Shown here: positions 15,857-30,630 of the stretch, in pieces
Position numbering within the stretch: position 1 is the first letter of the stretch
Layout of the letters: each line of letters begins with the position of its first letter
Source: Octopus vulgaris
Lineage: Eukaryota
Direction: 5' to 3'
Length of the DNA: 64,000 nt
Assembly (NCBI GenBank): GCA_951406725.2
Contig: OX597815.1
Location: forward strand, 44,888,001 to 44,952,000
The notes under the pieces: generated by a model
Database searches by the model: none
What the model was told of the DNA's origin: nothing
The model's input: the letters and a program-made list of their open reading frames with translations, nothing else
Position numbers and translations under genes: made by a program

Positions 15857-16765
15857 ATGCCACCTAAAAAGAGAGCAAGTATTGACAGAAAGTTTTCTGC
15901 AGCAGCGCTGACAGGTTAAGGAAACTGAGGACCGGAGGTCTTGTAGACTGTTGAAAAGAGCTGCTGCTGCTAGAGCTGCGACTATTCCAGGGCAGCGTGA
16001 AACCTATCGAGTGCCTGCTGCAGACGCAAGGGCCACAGAAACCCCACAAAAGAGTTCCATCCGTCGGGCACACGAAAGTGCATCTACTTCTGCCACGAGG
16101 GCTGAAGAAACCCCAGGAGAGAGTGTTATCCATCGGGCACGCAACGCTGCATCCACTTCTGTCACGCGGTTAGCAGATGACGATAAACCATCGGATGGTG
16201 AGACTTCAGTCTAATGTTCACCGGAAAGCTCTTGCCCATGGCTATTGGAAGCCATCGAGTAGTCGATGGGCATCAAAGTCGCTCAACTATGATCTTGTCG
16301 AGGATTACGCCACCCATCGAGAGACTGTTGCAGGGGCTATGTCTGTAATATGTCCATTTTGTAAGGCTCTTAGGTGAGTTGGAGAATCCAGTGGCCTATG
16401 CTGCTCAAACGGAAAGGTCTTAAGCCTGACCTGCAAAACACTCCTCAACCTTTCCTCTCTTTACTCCTTGTTCAACACCCTGATTTGCAGCAATTTATAC
16501 AGAAAATTCGCATTTATAACCCTGCGTTCCAGATGACAAGTTTCGGTAACAAACCCCTTCATGAAGACTCCTATATGCCAACGTTCAAAATTCGGATAGG
16601 ATCTATTCTTCCTGTCAACAACGCTGAACATCGATTCCTTCAAATTTACTTCATGGGAGATACCACTGAGCAAACGGCTCGCTGAGCTCAGGGGGCACCT
16701 GGAACAAAGTGTAAAAAATACCACCAAAGCAACTTAAACGCCCAAAGGACAGGTGTGTTTGCTAG
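15857..16765 (+). mobile_element. Internally deleted Helitron (Rep N-terminal fragments plus 3' hairpin/CTAG end); 5' part probably extends to ~14.8 kb
   Basis: Peptide fragments MPPKKRAS..., GAMSVICPFCKALR, CCSNGK and IRIYNPAFQMTSFG...MPTFKI/RIGSILP...FLQIYFMGD. Terminus is 'aaacgcccaaaggacaggtgtgtttgCTAG|t'. Confidence 0.85.
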
Positions 16766-16991
16766 TATCTATATATAGTAAAATAAAACATTTATTCCCT
16801 TAAAGTATTTAGGGCTGACTTGATTTTCCATAGCAAAATTTCATAACCACTGAATGGATGCTTTGCAATGGATTTTGTTGTATGTACAACCTTATGATTA
16901 CTATAGTAAGACAATATTTTTTTTACATGTCCTGAATATATGAAAGATTTAGTTCGTCATCACTTTTATAACCATATACACACATACGCGC

Positions 16992-17083
<92 letters not shown>

Positions 17084-18555
17084 ATGTCTATACATACTTA
17101 TTTTGTTGTGTCTACAAACATGAAGTATACATACATAAATACATGCACACGTATATTTGTGTGTGTGCTTATTTGTATGAGAATTAATATATAGGTATAT
17201 AAACCAAAACAATGAACAATACAGTGTCTGAAACATCAAGCGGTCGCATCTTGATTCAATATCAGACGAGAGTTATCCTCCAGAAAATGAATAACTGATA
17301 AATTAACTGATAATAAGTTTTAATAGAAGTCGTATATATAAAAAGAAAAACATACCAACAGAACTAACAATTTTACTTCAAAAAAGAACAAAAGATCCTC
17401 TCATAGAACCCAGCATACCTAACGTCAGCCGTTAATTTTTGACATATATTACTTCGACTAATGTTAATGTATTCCATTCGCTTTGAAAAGCAACGTATCT
17501 GTTTTCTTTACCCTCTCAGATGAACGCATGAATAAAGTGAACACGGTTAAACATTTGTCTTAAATCCGTATTTGAATACATGATGTGCTCCTCCTGATTA
17601 ATCATTATAGGGGAGACAATCTCTTCTAAATGAAGTTAAGCTCACACAAATTTGAAAATTTGTCATTTTTTAATCAAAGAATAAAAGCATATATATTTAA
17701 TGTTTTGCTTTATTTTTGCCTACACGTTACATAGTTCTTAAAATTTCTAGAAGTTGGTAGCCGTGTATAACGTTATTTCATCCTCCTTTGGAATCGTCAG
17801 CACAGCATAACTTGGGACAGATAAATTAAGCTTTTACAAATTTAGACATATCTTAGAGAGAGGTGATAGTTTATATATATATTTGTATATAAAATTGAGG
17901 AAGAAACATGGAAACACGTTCAGAAATCGGTAAGGTACTGAGTTTGAATAACTTCGAAAATTTGTTACTCCTATCATATTTCATTTGTTGCTCATGGAAG
18001 ATGGGGAAAAGGGCTATGTGCTTTGCATCACCTACAGAATCATAGGGTGAATTATAGGTAATATCAAATGTAATTTACATGAAAGAGAAAATAATTAGAT
18101 GAAACTACATCTCTAATAATATTCACGATAATACTTCAATTTCACTTGAATTAAATTTAACATTATTCCATAGGACAATAAAGAACCTCCTCATCCTTAG
18201 AAAGTTCAAATAATGTCGAAATTAAAGGCAAAACATGAAATTAAGACATACATACATACATACATACATACATACATACATACCGAAATTGCGAGGATAA
18301 TCTGGTGCTTGACTGAGAATAGAGGGCTTCGAATGACCCGTCCTTGTTTTCATTGAATCATCTATCTGGATGTTTTGTTGTCCCTTTTTGTATCACCTAG
18401 CTGTCCGGATGTTTTGCGTTCTTATCCCATTTTGTATTTTATATACATACATACATACATACATACATACATACATACATACATGCATGCATGCATGCAT
18501 GCATGCATGCATGCATGCATACATACATACATACATACATACATACATACATACA

Positions 18556-18584
<29 letters not shown>

Positions 18585-18586
<2 letters not shown>

Positions 18587-18866
18587 GGCCTAAATACTAA
18601 TCTTGAGAAATTAGGCTTCTCAAAACCAGAAAGAGAAAGCTGATTCCAAGCCTTCACTGGAACTGTAAAAATTTGTAAAACCTTCCAGAAGTTTATCATT
18701 TAAGTATATATGAGCATGTCTAGACATGCAACTAGATGCATGAGAATACATATATGAAACTAAACATACAAATCTGCACATATACATACATACAAAACTA
18801 CCTTATCGTTGCTGAAATTCCAATGAATCTAGGTTAGAAATTCCTTGGAGCTAGGTTAGAAACCGA

Positions 18867-18908
<42 letters not shown>

Positions 18909-18935
18909 TGGCTAAACACTGAATAATGACATACA
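18585..18935 (+). mobile_element. 3' tail of a second REL-type LINE family sitting in (TACA)n
   Basis: [15 protein letters not shown]...[15 protein letters not shown] followed by a UTR ending 'tgaataatgac(atac)n'. Same family as 29329-29905. Confidence 0.7.
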
Positions 18936-19479
18936 TACATGCTCATTTAACCAGCTACAGTGAAATTGAGAATGTAACTTTTTTTGATATATAGTAGTCA
19001 ATATATTTCCAGTTAGATATACTGAGGTTGATGCAAACAATCGATACATCAAAATTTAATGTAAGTACATCTATTAGTACTTACAAGTTGTTGCAGGTAT
19101 GTCGTTTGTTTGGCCTGGTGGTTAGAGGTTTTGGACTCTCGATCGTAAGGTGGCGGTTTCGATACCCCTATATCACATTGTTTCCTTGAGTAAAGCACTT
19201 AATTTCATGTTTCTCAAATCGACTCTACTAAATTGAGCCAGATAACCATTCACAGGTTACCCCCTACTACGGACAGACACCTCTTTTATTAAGGTGGGGC
19301 TAATTGGACTCATACGCCATGTAAACCCAGATATGCTCCAACTATGAAGCTGTACGTTCATGAAAGACATAAAAAAAAGTGATAAGGTTTAGAAATACTA
19401 AATTTATTTAATCTGGGTTTTCTGTAATTATGATTTCAAGTTTTGTCATAAAGCCAGTAGATTCCGCGGTAGAGATAGC

Positions 19480-21095
19480 TCAATTACATCGATCCCAGTG
19501 CTCTACTGGTACTTATATTATCGACTCAGAAATGATGAAAAGCAAAGTCGGCGGAAATCTGACGTCGACTGAATTTGACTTCGGAATGTAAAATCGGAGA
19601 GCCTTTTGCCCGGCACTGTAACGATTCTGCCAGCTTGCCGCTTCTCTATATTACTCCTTTCTACTAAAGGCACAAGGCCTAAAACGTTTGGGGAGTGAGG
19701 CCAATCGATTAGATCGATACCAGTACGCAAAAGGATGAAATGCGAAGTCGACCTCGGCGGAATTGGAACTCAGAACGTAAAGATGGGCGAAATACCGCTA
19801 AGCATTTCATCTACCGTGCTAACTATTCTACCAACTCGCCGGTTCTCTGTAATAATCCTTTCTATTTTAGGCACAAGGCCTAAAATTTGGGGAAGGGGTC
19901 TAGTCGATTTCATAGACCCCAATGCGTAACTGGTACTTATTTAATCGATCTCGAAAAGATGAAAGGCAAAGTCGACCCCGGCGGAAGTTGAACTCAGAAC
20001 GTAGCGGCAGACGAAATATCTATTTCTATTTCTTTACTACCCACAAGGGGCTAAACACAGAGGGGACAGACAAGGACAGACAAACGGATTAAGTCGATTA
20101 CATCTACCCCAATACGTAACTGGTACTTAATTTATCGACCCCGAAAGGATAAAAGGCAAAGTCGACCTCGGTGGAATTTGAACTCAGAACGTAGCGGCAG
20201 ACGAAATACCTATTTCTTTACTACCCACAAGGGCTAAACACAGAGAGGACAAACAAGGACAGACAAACGGATTAAGTCGATTATATCGACCCCAGTGCGT
20301 AACTGGTACTTATTTAATCGACCCCGAAAGGATGAAAGGCAAAGTCGACCTCGGTGGAATTTGAACTCAGAACGCAGCGGCAGACGAAACACTGCTAAGA
20401 ATTTCGCCCGGCGTGCTAACGATTCTGCCAGCTCGCCGGTTCTCTGTAATAACGAAACCAATTTGCATACAACTTTTCTTTAAAATGAAACGACTTTTAT
20501 CCACCCAACGCTCAATTTCATGCCTTCATCATGGCTTTTTAAACTGCTACTACGATGTTTCAATATTATTATATACGAACCTGTATGAGAGTTAAAGAAT
20601 ACGAATAATGATAAACTCTATGACATTGCTAATAAATGCAGTAATCTGTAACCATAGTCATCTGTAACCACTAGAAGAAGTAGTTGCTGAAAAATTGAAA
20701 TTGATATTGGTACACTATAAATATTTACATATGCTAAGTATTTCTTCGATCTGTTGTTATAAATTCCAAACCTCAAAATAATTAATGGTTTTAATGTTTG
20801 AAGATTGGGGATTCATTCAGCAACAATTGACCACCATGTTTTCTATGATAAGTCATCTCCATAAAATTACATATCCTTAGAATTAATTTCAAATTTTGGC
20901 ACAAAGCCAGTAATTCCTTGGGTAGGATAAGTGGATAACGTCGACCCAGTACTCAATCGGTATTTATTTTATCGATCCCGAAAGAATGAAAGGCAAAAAT
21001 CGACCTCGGCGTCCTTCGAACTCAGAACATAACGACGGATGAAATGCCGCCAAGCATTTTGCCTGGGGTGCCAACGATTCTGCCGGCTCACCGCC
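19480..21095 (-). mobile_element. Cluster/tandem of SINE family B copies
   Basis: About six copies, including a local tandem repeat at ~19905-20440. Confidence 0.8.
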
Positions 21096-21684
21096 TGAAT
21101 TTTCTGTAGAAAATATTGAATGTTAGGAATGTACTACGCTGTACACCATCGATGTACCGATACTGTAAATCATATGTTTCCAACCTTCTTTGCACCAAAG
21201 ACCGGGTGATCATGCACGTAACAAAACAATACAGTGCACAATATAATTCAATTATTACAAATATAATACATATATAATGCAGAAACACCTTCCAGATTAT
21301 GATAGTCAATAAATTATAAACGAAATTTTAAAAGATATTCTTTACGTGCAACATTGTACAGTGATTGGAGATATGTCCCTAAAAACACAAACTATTAAGG
21401 TTCATATTATTATACTCTGAAGAGCATGTGGTGTTAGGTAACCACCCTGCTACTTAATATATGTTTATCTAATAACCAGTGCGAAACCATTTGTAAGTTC
21501 GGCTCAATGGATGTATAGTACTGTACACTTTGATTAATATGTGCGTCTGTGTGTGTGTGTGTGTGTCTAAGTAATATTGTATGCATGTATGAGTGTGAGA
21601 GTGCGTGTTTAGGTGGGTGTATGTTCTTCGACTTTGAATCTGATATAAATTTACGGCAGAAAAGTAAGATAGGATCAATTGTTG

Positions 21685-21761
<77 letters not shown>

Positions 21762-21765
21762 TTAA

Positions 21766-21825
<60 letters not shown>

Positions 21826-22076
21826 CTGTATATGTATATATATATAGATATAGATATATTCTCTTATTTGTTTCAGGCATTTGACTACGGCCAGACTGGA
21901 GCATCATCTTTAGAGGTTTTAGTCGAACAAATTGGCGCCAGGGCTCATTCTTTGTCACCCTAGTACTTATTCTATCGTCCCTTTGGCAGAACCGCTAGGT
22001 TACGGCGGACATAAATACACCAACAACGGTTATCAAGCGATGGTGGGGGGGGACAAACACAGACACAAACACACAA

Positions 22077-22152
<76 letters not shown>

Positions 22153-22797
22153 GACTGATGAAAGAAGGTCACGAACGACCCGTCCTTTTCATTCCTGTCC
22201 TAATTGTTGTTTCTCTTGTCCGCCTTTGATCGTCTATCTGTCCGAATGTTTTATTGTCCTCTATTGCGTTTTTGTTCCATCTATTATTCTTTTATTCTTT
22301 TACTTGTTTCAGTCATTTTGATTGCGGCCATGCTGGAGCACTGCCTTTAGTCGAGCAAATCGACCCCAGGAATTATTCTTTTGTAAGCCCAGTACTTATT
22401 CTATTGGTGTCTTTTGCTGAACTGCTAGCTTACGGGGACGTAAACACACCAGCGTCAGTTGTCAAGCGATGTTGGGACACACACACACAAACATATATAT
22501 ATATACACACACACACACGACGGGCTTCTTTTAGTTTTCGTCTAACCAAATCCGCTGATAAGGTTTTGGTCAGTCCGAGGCTATAGTAGAAAACACTTGC
22601 CCAAGGTACCACGCCGTAGGACTGAACCCGGAACCACGCAGTCGGGAAGCAAGCTTCTTACCACGTAGGCATGCATATATATATATAAATAAATAAGATG
22701 ACGTAATATAATGTCTAAAAGTTGATGAACCACCTATTGATCCCCTCCATTTTCTTATTGCTCTCTCTCTCCTTCCTCTCTCTCTCTCTCTCTCTCT

Positions 22798-22837
<40 letters not shown>

Positions 22838-23196
22838 TCTTTTACTCTTTTACTTGTTTCAGTCATTTGACTGCGGCCATGCTGGAGCACCGCCTTTTAG
22901 TCGAGCAAATCGACCCCGCGACTTATTCTTTGTAAGCCCAGTACTTATTCTATCGGTCTCTTTTGCCGAACCGCTATGTGACGGGGACGTAAACACACCA
23001 GCATCGGTTGTCAAGCCATGCTAGGGGACAAACACAGACACACAAACAAATACACACACATACATATATATATATATACATATATACGACAGGTTTCTTT
23101 CAGTTTCTATCTACCAAATCCACTCACAAGGCATTGGTCGGCCCGAGACACTGAACCCGGAACCATGTGGTTGGTTAGCAAGCTACTTACCACACA

Positions 23197-23242
<46 letters not shown>

Positions 23243-23244
23243 AT

Positions 23245-23461
23245 AAATAATATATAAATATATGCATATATACATACATACATGTACATACCTACATATA
23301 TATGTATATGTACACGCATATATGGGTACAGGACACTATAGTTATAACTATAGTGTCCTTATAACTATAGTGTCCTTTACCCATATATGTATGTATATAT
23401 ACATATATATGTAGGTATGTACATGTATGTAAGTATATATGCATATATTTATATATTATTT
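23245..23461. repeat. Fold-back palindrome with ~100-bp arms
   Basis: Left arm 'aaataatatataaatatatgcat...catatatgggtacaggacactatagttataa' is the near reverse complement of the right arm 'ttataactatagtgtcctttacccatatatg...tatattattt'. The centre carries a 17-bp tandem duplication. Confidence 0.85.
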
Positions 23462-23604
23462 GTATTATTATATGATCGAATGTCACGCATCCTTTTCCAA
23501 GTAAGTTTTATCTATCTATCTATTGATATATATATATATATCATTTTTTCATTTTCATTTTATCTAGTTTCAGCTCACGAGCTGTGGCCATGCTGGGGCA
23601 CCGC

Positions 23605-23665
<61 letters not shown>

Positions 23666-24261
23666 GAGAGCATGAGTGAACAGTAGAAAGAACAAGAGAG
23701 GATGAAGAAGCGAAAGAGTTATATAAGTATTTTTATACAAGTGTTTATGTGTGCTTATATGTGTGTGTACATATATGTGTAGATATATATGTATTTATGT
23801 GTGAATATGTATGTGCGCGTGCGTGTGTATGTTCATATATATGTGTTTGTAAAGGGAGCTGTGTGTAAGGTACCTATGTATATATAATATATATATATAT
23901 TGTTGCGTTGGAACCTGTTGCATTACTCAAGCCAAACTAAACAACCATAAAACCAAGTCGTAAAAAGCCACAAAAATAGCTACTTTGATCGCCTAAGAAA
24001 TACACAATAAGTTCACTTAATAGACAAAGCTTGTTTAACGTTCACTTGTGGGACTTTCTAAATAGAGAGAACAATTGTTTGCTGGTATGATAAAAATAGC
24101 TGATTTTCTTAAAGGTGTTTATTTGGTGATATTTTGTAATTTTCCCAAGGGAAATCGTCTTGCTCATTTTGTATTAAAATATCGACTAAGATTAAAATTT
24201 ACACTTAATTTTCATCGTTAAACAACTTTTTCCTCTGACCCCCTACCTCGCTACTTTGGAT

Positions 24262-24575
24262 GCCTTCTTCTTCTCCTCCTCCTTCTCCTTCTTCTTCTCC
24301 TTCTTCTTCTTCTTCTTCTTCTTCTTCTCGTCCCCCTCCTCCTCCTCCTTCTTCTTCTCCTCCTCATCCTCCTCCTTCTTCTTCTTCTTCTTCTTCTCGT
24401 CCCCCTCCTCCTCCTCCTTCTTCTTTTTCTTCCTCTTCTTCTTCGTCGTCGTCTTCGCCTCCTCTTTGTTTCCCTTATTCCTCCACTTACTCTACTTCCT
24501 CTTCTTCTGCTTCCTCCTCCTTCTCTTCTTCTTCTTCTTCTTCTTCTTCTTCTTCTCCTCTTCCTTCTTCTTCTC
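24262..24575. repeat. (CTT/CCT)n polypyrimidine microsatellite
   Basis: Direct inspection. Confidence 0.95.
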
Positions 24576-25128
24576 ATTCACTTTACCCCCTCACTCTCTT
24601 TCCCTCCTGTCTTATTTTCTCTTTTTTGTACTATTTTTGAAAGCTGTCAGTTTGATATTTTCTTTTTCATTTTCTTTTCAACCAGTAAACATTCTCACAC
24701 ATTGATCCATATACCTATAAATATCTATAGAAAACTACTCGAAATCAGAAACGCATCAATACACACATCTTACAAACTTTAATATATCTTATATTGCACT
24801 CAACTCTTGTGTCCCTTCCAAATATATCATAACATCCATTTTCCCCGCCTAGCCCTTTCTCTCTCTCACCCTTTGTCTCTCTCCCCCCTCTCTCTCTCTC
24901 TCTCACTCTCTCTCTCTCTCTTTGCAAATCCCACAGCCTTGTAAGTGGTGAGTTCATAATAGACTCTCATGAAAGTGCATCTTCCTCGAAACATAACAGG
25001 GTGTTATGATATAAAAGACCCAATATTAAAATTCGGTCACGGATTCTCATATTTTCAAGAACATGCATAACATTTCATTTCATACATCAATAAATACCTT
25101 AACTACCACATATAGGCATCGAACTGGC

Positions 25129-25345
25129 AAAGGCGGCGAGCTGGCAGAAACGTTAGCAAGCCGGGCGAAATGCGTCGCCATATTTCGTCTGCCGTTACGT
25201 TCTGAGTTCAAATTCCGCCGAGGGCGACTTTGCCTTTCAGCCTTTCGGGGTCGATAAATTAAGTACCAGTTACGCACTGGGGTCGATATAATCGACTTAA
25301 TCCGTTTGTGTGTCCTTGTTTGGCCCCTTGTGGGTAGTAACAAAA
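25129..25345 (+). mobile_element. SINE family B, near consensus
   Basis: Full head and body are visible. Confidence 0.85.
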
Positions 25346-27184
25346 TAGAAATTTTACTGAGGTCGACAAAATGCTTAGCGGTATTTCTTTAGGCTCTTTA
25401 CTTTCTGAGTTCATATTTTGCCGAGATCGACTGTGCTTTTTGGATTCGATAAAACAAGTGCCTGGAGCGTAATCGAGTTACATTCATCCCCTAACTTTGC
25501 TGACCTTGTGCAAATACTTGTGAGAAATTTAGTCTATAATTAGTGGTTTATTTGAATACTCGTACGTCAAAAGAGTTCTCACTGAATTAAATTTAAACAA
25601 TAACACTACATATTTTAATCTATTACAGCTGGGGTTTTTTCTCTTCTTTTATTCTTTTACTAGTTTCAATCGCTAAACTGCAACCATGCTAGGGCACCGC
25701 GTTGGAGGATTTAATCAAACAGCTTGCCCCCATTAATTCGTCCCTTTTGCCAAAGTGCTAAGTTAAGGAAACGAAAGTAAACCAACGCCGGTTTTTAAAC
25801 GGTGGTAGGAGATAAAGCGAAAGACATGCATGCGTACGCATATACACGTGTGTGTGTGTATATATACACACACAGACATGTACACACGACTAGCTTCACA
25901 CAGCTTCCGTTTACCAAATTCATCCTCCAGCTAATGATCTGCTCGGATCTTAATAGATCCGAGGTACCACGCACTGAAACTGAACCCGAAACACGGTTGA
26001 GAAGCGAACTTCTTAACCACATAGCTATATTATTTTTTCTTCTTTCTAATTCTATAAATCATATATGATTTGTATACGATCACCAGCCCCATTATGGATA
26101 CGTATTTTAGTGAAAGAGCCTCAAGATGGTCCCTAGACTTGCTGCAAGAGAACCGAAAGAACTTTGGCTCAGAATCAAAATATTGTTTTCTTGCCCTAGA
26201 ATGCAGGTCTAAATATTTTCTGGTGTTTAGTTACGCCCCTTTACGTCAAATACCGAAAAATACTGAGATTCAGCAATTTCGCATGTTACCTACTTATTTG
26301 TCGTCGTGTGCGAGTAATGCGAGAAAACAGTGATGGTGCCGACTAACTCCATTTACTTAATAATAGAATTAATATTTAGGGACCTTTATGTTATTTCTAA
26401 ATGTTTACTGTGTAAAGAAACGAACTATTCCTTTCCAAATTGTAACCCAATTTGTACACTATAGAAATGGGGGTATCCACCACAATCACCTCCTTAGAAT
26501 ATCAAGTTTTCTGCTTCAGCTGAAATATTGTCGGTGTCAAGTTTGCAATGTCACTATTTAGAATGAACATTATGTACTACTATAATGACCGTACAAACAC
26601 TGACCTTGAGAATAGTTAAAATACATCATCATTACCATCATCATCATCGTCATCATCATCATTATCATCATCATTATTGCAGTCATTATTCACCAGTGTC
26701 AGTTCGTATAAGTTGCAGATATTTAAAGAGAAGAAATTATTTACCAAGGTACGTACGTGTGTACGAGTATCTTAATGCCTTAATACAAAACACATTTTTG
26801 GCTTTGTATCATTTTCAACACACCGTACTGGTTTGACATTCATTACATATTTCTTTGTTGATTGTCAATGTTGGAGAGGTTTATCGCATTAATTATAAAT
26901 TCAGTTATATTTTTATTTGAATTATTCTTATTTATTTCTTATTTGACTTTTATTTATTTTCGTTTGGAGAAACACTCCATGATCGTTAATGTTTTATTAT
27001 TTCCCTGTTTACAATTAATCAATGCAACACACACAGACACACATCAATTTAGAAATTTGACAAGCGTCTGTGTTATCACATACTCCTTGTAGTATGTGAT
27101 GGACAAATGGATGTCGTCTGTTACTGTAGATTTCCTAGATCAAAATGGACCTGGAGCTAAGCAATAACAATAAAAATATTTCAA

Positions 27185-27302
27185 ACACTACTTTTATCAT
27201 ACTGAAAAGATCGGTTCTCGTCTGATCACCGAAGTTAAGCAACGTCGAGCCTAATTAGTACTTAGATGAGTGATTGCTTCGGGAACCTACATGCTGTAAT
27301 TA
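27185..27302 (+). pseudogene. 5S rRNA-derived pseudogene (unit 1)
   Basis: 'cggttctcgtctgatcaccgaagttaagcaacgtcgagcctaattagtacttagatgagtga...gggaa...tgctgta' matches metazoan 5S rRNA including the box A region. Ends and box C are diverged. Confidence 0.85.
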
Positions 27303-27773
27303 GTTTCAGATGCTGGCGTGGCTGTATGTTGTAAGAAGTTTGCTTCCGAACCATACAGTCCCGGATTCAAACCCACTGCGTGACATCTTAGGCAAGCGTC
27401 TTCGCCAAAAGCGGTTCAGCAAAAGCGACGATGAAGACGACAATGAATATACATTATTTGTGCGGCACATCTCCTCTGCTAGTCTTTTAATCGACCTGCA
27501 GTTCACCGGGTTTGAGAAAATGCTTACCTTTAAAAAAAAAAATACGGTTATATTTTCTTGTTTGCATTACTTTTGTAATATTTACACGTTACAAGATGAC
27601 CGACCAAACCCTTGTTAGTGGATTTGGTAAACGGAAACTGAAAGACACATGTCGTAGCAGTGCTCCAGCATGGCTTCAGTCAAATGACTGAAACAAGTTA
27701 AAGAATAAAATAATGTGCATGTGTGTGCGTGTGCGTGTGCGAGTGTGTGTGTGTGTGTGGGTGTGGGTGTGTG

Positions 27774-27819
<46 letters not shown>

Positions 27820-28014
27820 TGTGCTTGTCCCCGACCACCGCTTGACAACTGGTATTATGTTTACGTTCTTGTAACTTCGCAGTTCGGCAAAAGACCTCAA
27901 TAGAATAAGTAGTTTACAAAAAATGAGTACTGGGGTCGATTCATTCCACTAAAACATTCTTCTAAGTGGTGCCCCAGCATGGCCACATTATAATGACTGA
28001 AACAAGATAAAAGA

Positions 28015-28263
28015 TATTTTCGTGCTCGGTGTCACTAGAACTCGATGTCGATGATGAGTGAGAAGCCGATCAAGAAGCCATGGCGTCTCCTCTTTCAGCG
28101 TGGAACCGGCTGAAGACTAACAGCACCACTCTGTCTTCCTGTGCTGGTGAGATGAAAATAGAGATTAGAGATAGGAGATTAGCGAATGGTGGGAAATCAC
28201 TAAGAAAAGCTGCAACATTAATGAAACTAGATAAAAATCAAATAAAATAGACATATAAATATA

Positions 28264-28315
<52 letters not shown>

Positions 28316-28700
28316 AATTAGGGGAGTGGAACGGGTAAAATCTAGACTACATATGTTTCTTAGCGAGCCGATCCTCTAATGTAATAATTACTCAACGAGG
28401 GACACTCTGCTTAGCTAATCATCAGGCCGAGAATACCTTAATTACATAAACGTTACATTGTCGCTTGGAATGTCAAAGTTAACTCACCGCAGATGTGCGC
28501 TGAAATGAGTAGTGAAACTTGAAGAATAGAATAATAAAAAAACAAATACTTGAAGAAATAAAACGGCCAAAAAGGATGGCGTCAAATATGTGGGAGTAGA
28601 AGTCGTATAAAAAAGAAAGAACAGGAAAAAAATAAATGAAAGAAAGCAGTAGACGTTACTCCCTACGGAGATCCGCAACTACGCGGTTTTTCGAAAGGGA
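28015..28700 (-). pseudogene. Putative spliced gene 5' fragment on the minus strand (present in all five units)
   Basis: Donor CG|GTGAGT at 28487, then branch CTAAT, a pyrimidine tract and CAG/CACAG acceptors at ~28144/28139. The downstream exon reads gccATG-A-S-*-SASHSSSTSSSSDTEHE and then runs into a SINE. Confidence 0.45.
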
Positions 28701-28945
28701 TTCAATGTCCGATGTAATGTTGAGACTGGGACACAACGAACTAATTAATATGCTGACTGAAGTAGATATGATATAGATAAGTACCAAGCGCTCCTAGACA
28801 ATAATTTGATAAATTTTGGTAAAGACCGCAGTTAGTAGTCGATCAACTATCGAAAATTTAAGAGTCTTCTTGCGTCCGTTTAAGCCAAAAATTGTCTGGG
28901 AGCAGCAATGAAGAGTCCAGATTGAGAAAGAAACGCAGCTCACCT

Positions 28946-29029
<84 letters not shown>

Positions 29030-29267
29030 CACCATCATTATATATTTCACTATTTTCCTCTATGTTATCACAACTTTCAACTAAGTTTTCTAGTCGTATA
29101 ATAAATACCTCACGCCATGGACACATCTCTCGCCCTCTTTTCTTTCTCCATCATTTTCTCTAATCACGTGAAAGCGTTTCCGACAGGCCAAGTAACGTGT
29201 ATGTATGTGTGCATGAATGTACGATATACACACACACACGCACACACACACACACACACACACATAC

Positions 29268-29299
<32 letters not shown>

Positions 29300-29328
29300 T
29301 TACATAGATACATATACACAAGAATACA

Positions 29329-29727
29329 TACAAGTTCAGGTTTATACCTGTAATTATTGAGGTCCTGGGATATGTAATGTACTGCCTAAATACCAATCTT
29401 GAGAAATTAGGCTTCCCAAAACCAGAAAGGAAACGGCTAATTCGAAGGCTACAGATGAAATCTATCACTGGAACTATAAAGATTTGTAAAACATTCCAGA
29501 AGTTAATCGTTTAAAATATATATGTGCAAGTCTAGATATACAACTATATGCATGAGAATACATACATAAGACATACAAATCTACACATACATGCATACAT
29601 ACACACACACATACATACATACATACATACGTACATACATACATACATACGTACGTAAGTACGTACATACATACATACATACATACATACATACATACAT
29701 ACATACATACATACGTACACACACACA

Positions 29728-29793
<66 letters not shown>

Positions 29794-29905
29794 CAAAAAT
29801 ACACTGTTGTTGATGTCGAAACCCCAATGAAGGAACCTTGGATTTAGGTTAGAAACCGGTTCTCTCTATATTGGCAAGAAATCTTGAAATAAACTGAATA
29901 ATGAC
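29329..29905 (+). mobile_element. REL-type LINE 3' tail in each unit (also ~37178, 42534, 50207, 63380)
   Basis: [61 protein letters not shown] (PVIIGALG-like motif). The UTR has (TACA)n expansions. Confidence 0.75.
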
Positions 29906-29938
29906 ATACATACATACATACATACATACATACATACA

Positions 29939-29970
<32 letters not shown>

Positions 29971-30630
29971 CACACACACTCATATATACATCTTCACACG
30001 TCCTGTTTTGTATTGAATGTATGGGCCGTTGTAGCAAAGAATTATAGTTGTTGTTGAATGGATATGTTAATTTCAGAATATATAAAAGTGAACAAAGAAT
30101 AGCAGCAAAATGGTTGGTTCGATGCCAGGTTTCAAATCTCAGCTGAATGTGTTGCTCATTCTTCAGATATTTAATACCATTTTAATGGTTTCGGTATTTG
30201 ATACAAAAGAGATGTTCCTTTTTTTTTCCTCAATCGGTTCTACACTTCGAATCTCGCTGGTATTATTGAATTTCTATTGCTGCAGAGTTTATTAAACAAA
30301 TACCAGTAACATCATTGGCATTATTCTATGAACCGAGTAATGAAAGAGAAATAAAAGCAAGGCATAATCCGCAGTAAAAAAAAGTAGAACTTTGGAATTT
30401 TTTCAATTTTCTTGTTCTCAAATACACTTGAAAGACAAAGATATGAATGCTATAAATCGTAATTTCAAAACTCCGATATTTTGAGAATGCAAAAAAGAAA
30501 GTATTCTATTGTTACATCATCACAATTACATGATTTTTTAAACACAAATTGAAAGAATGGAAGATTTTAAAACAAATATTATTGCGTTCTATTATACCTT
30601 TAGTCGAGAACTTTTGAGATATTCCATAAA

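Noticed and set aside
22152-22200. Possible hammerhead 'ctgatga...cgaac'
   Set aside because: The GAAA core and stems cannot be formed; at most a decayed PLE fragment.
30606-30626. Heat-shock element upstream of the TATA box
   Set aside because: GAActTTTgaGATatTCC has only one perfect nGAAn unit, too weak to call.
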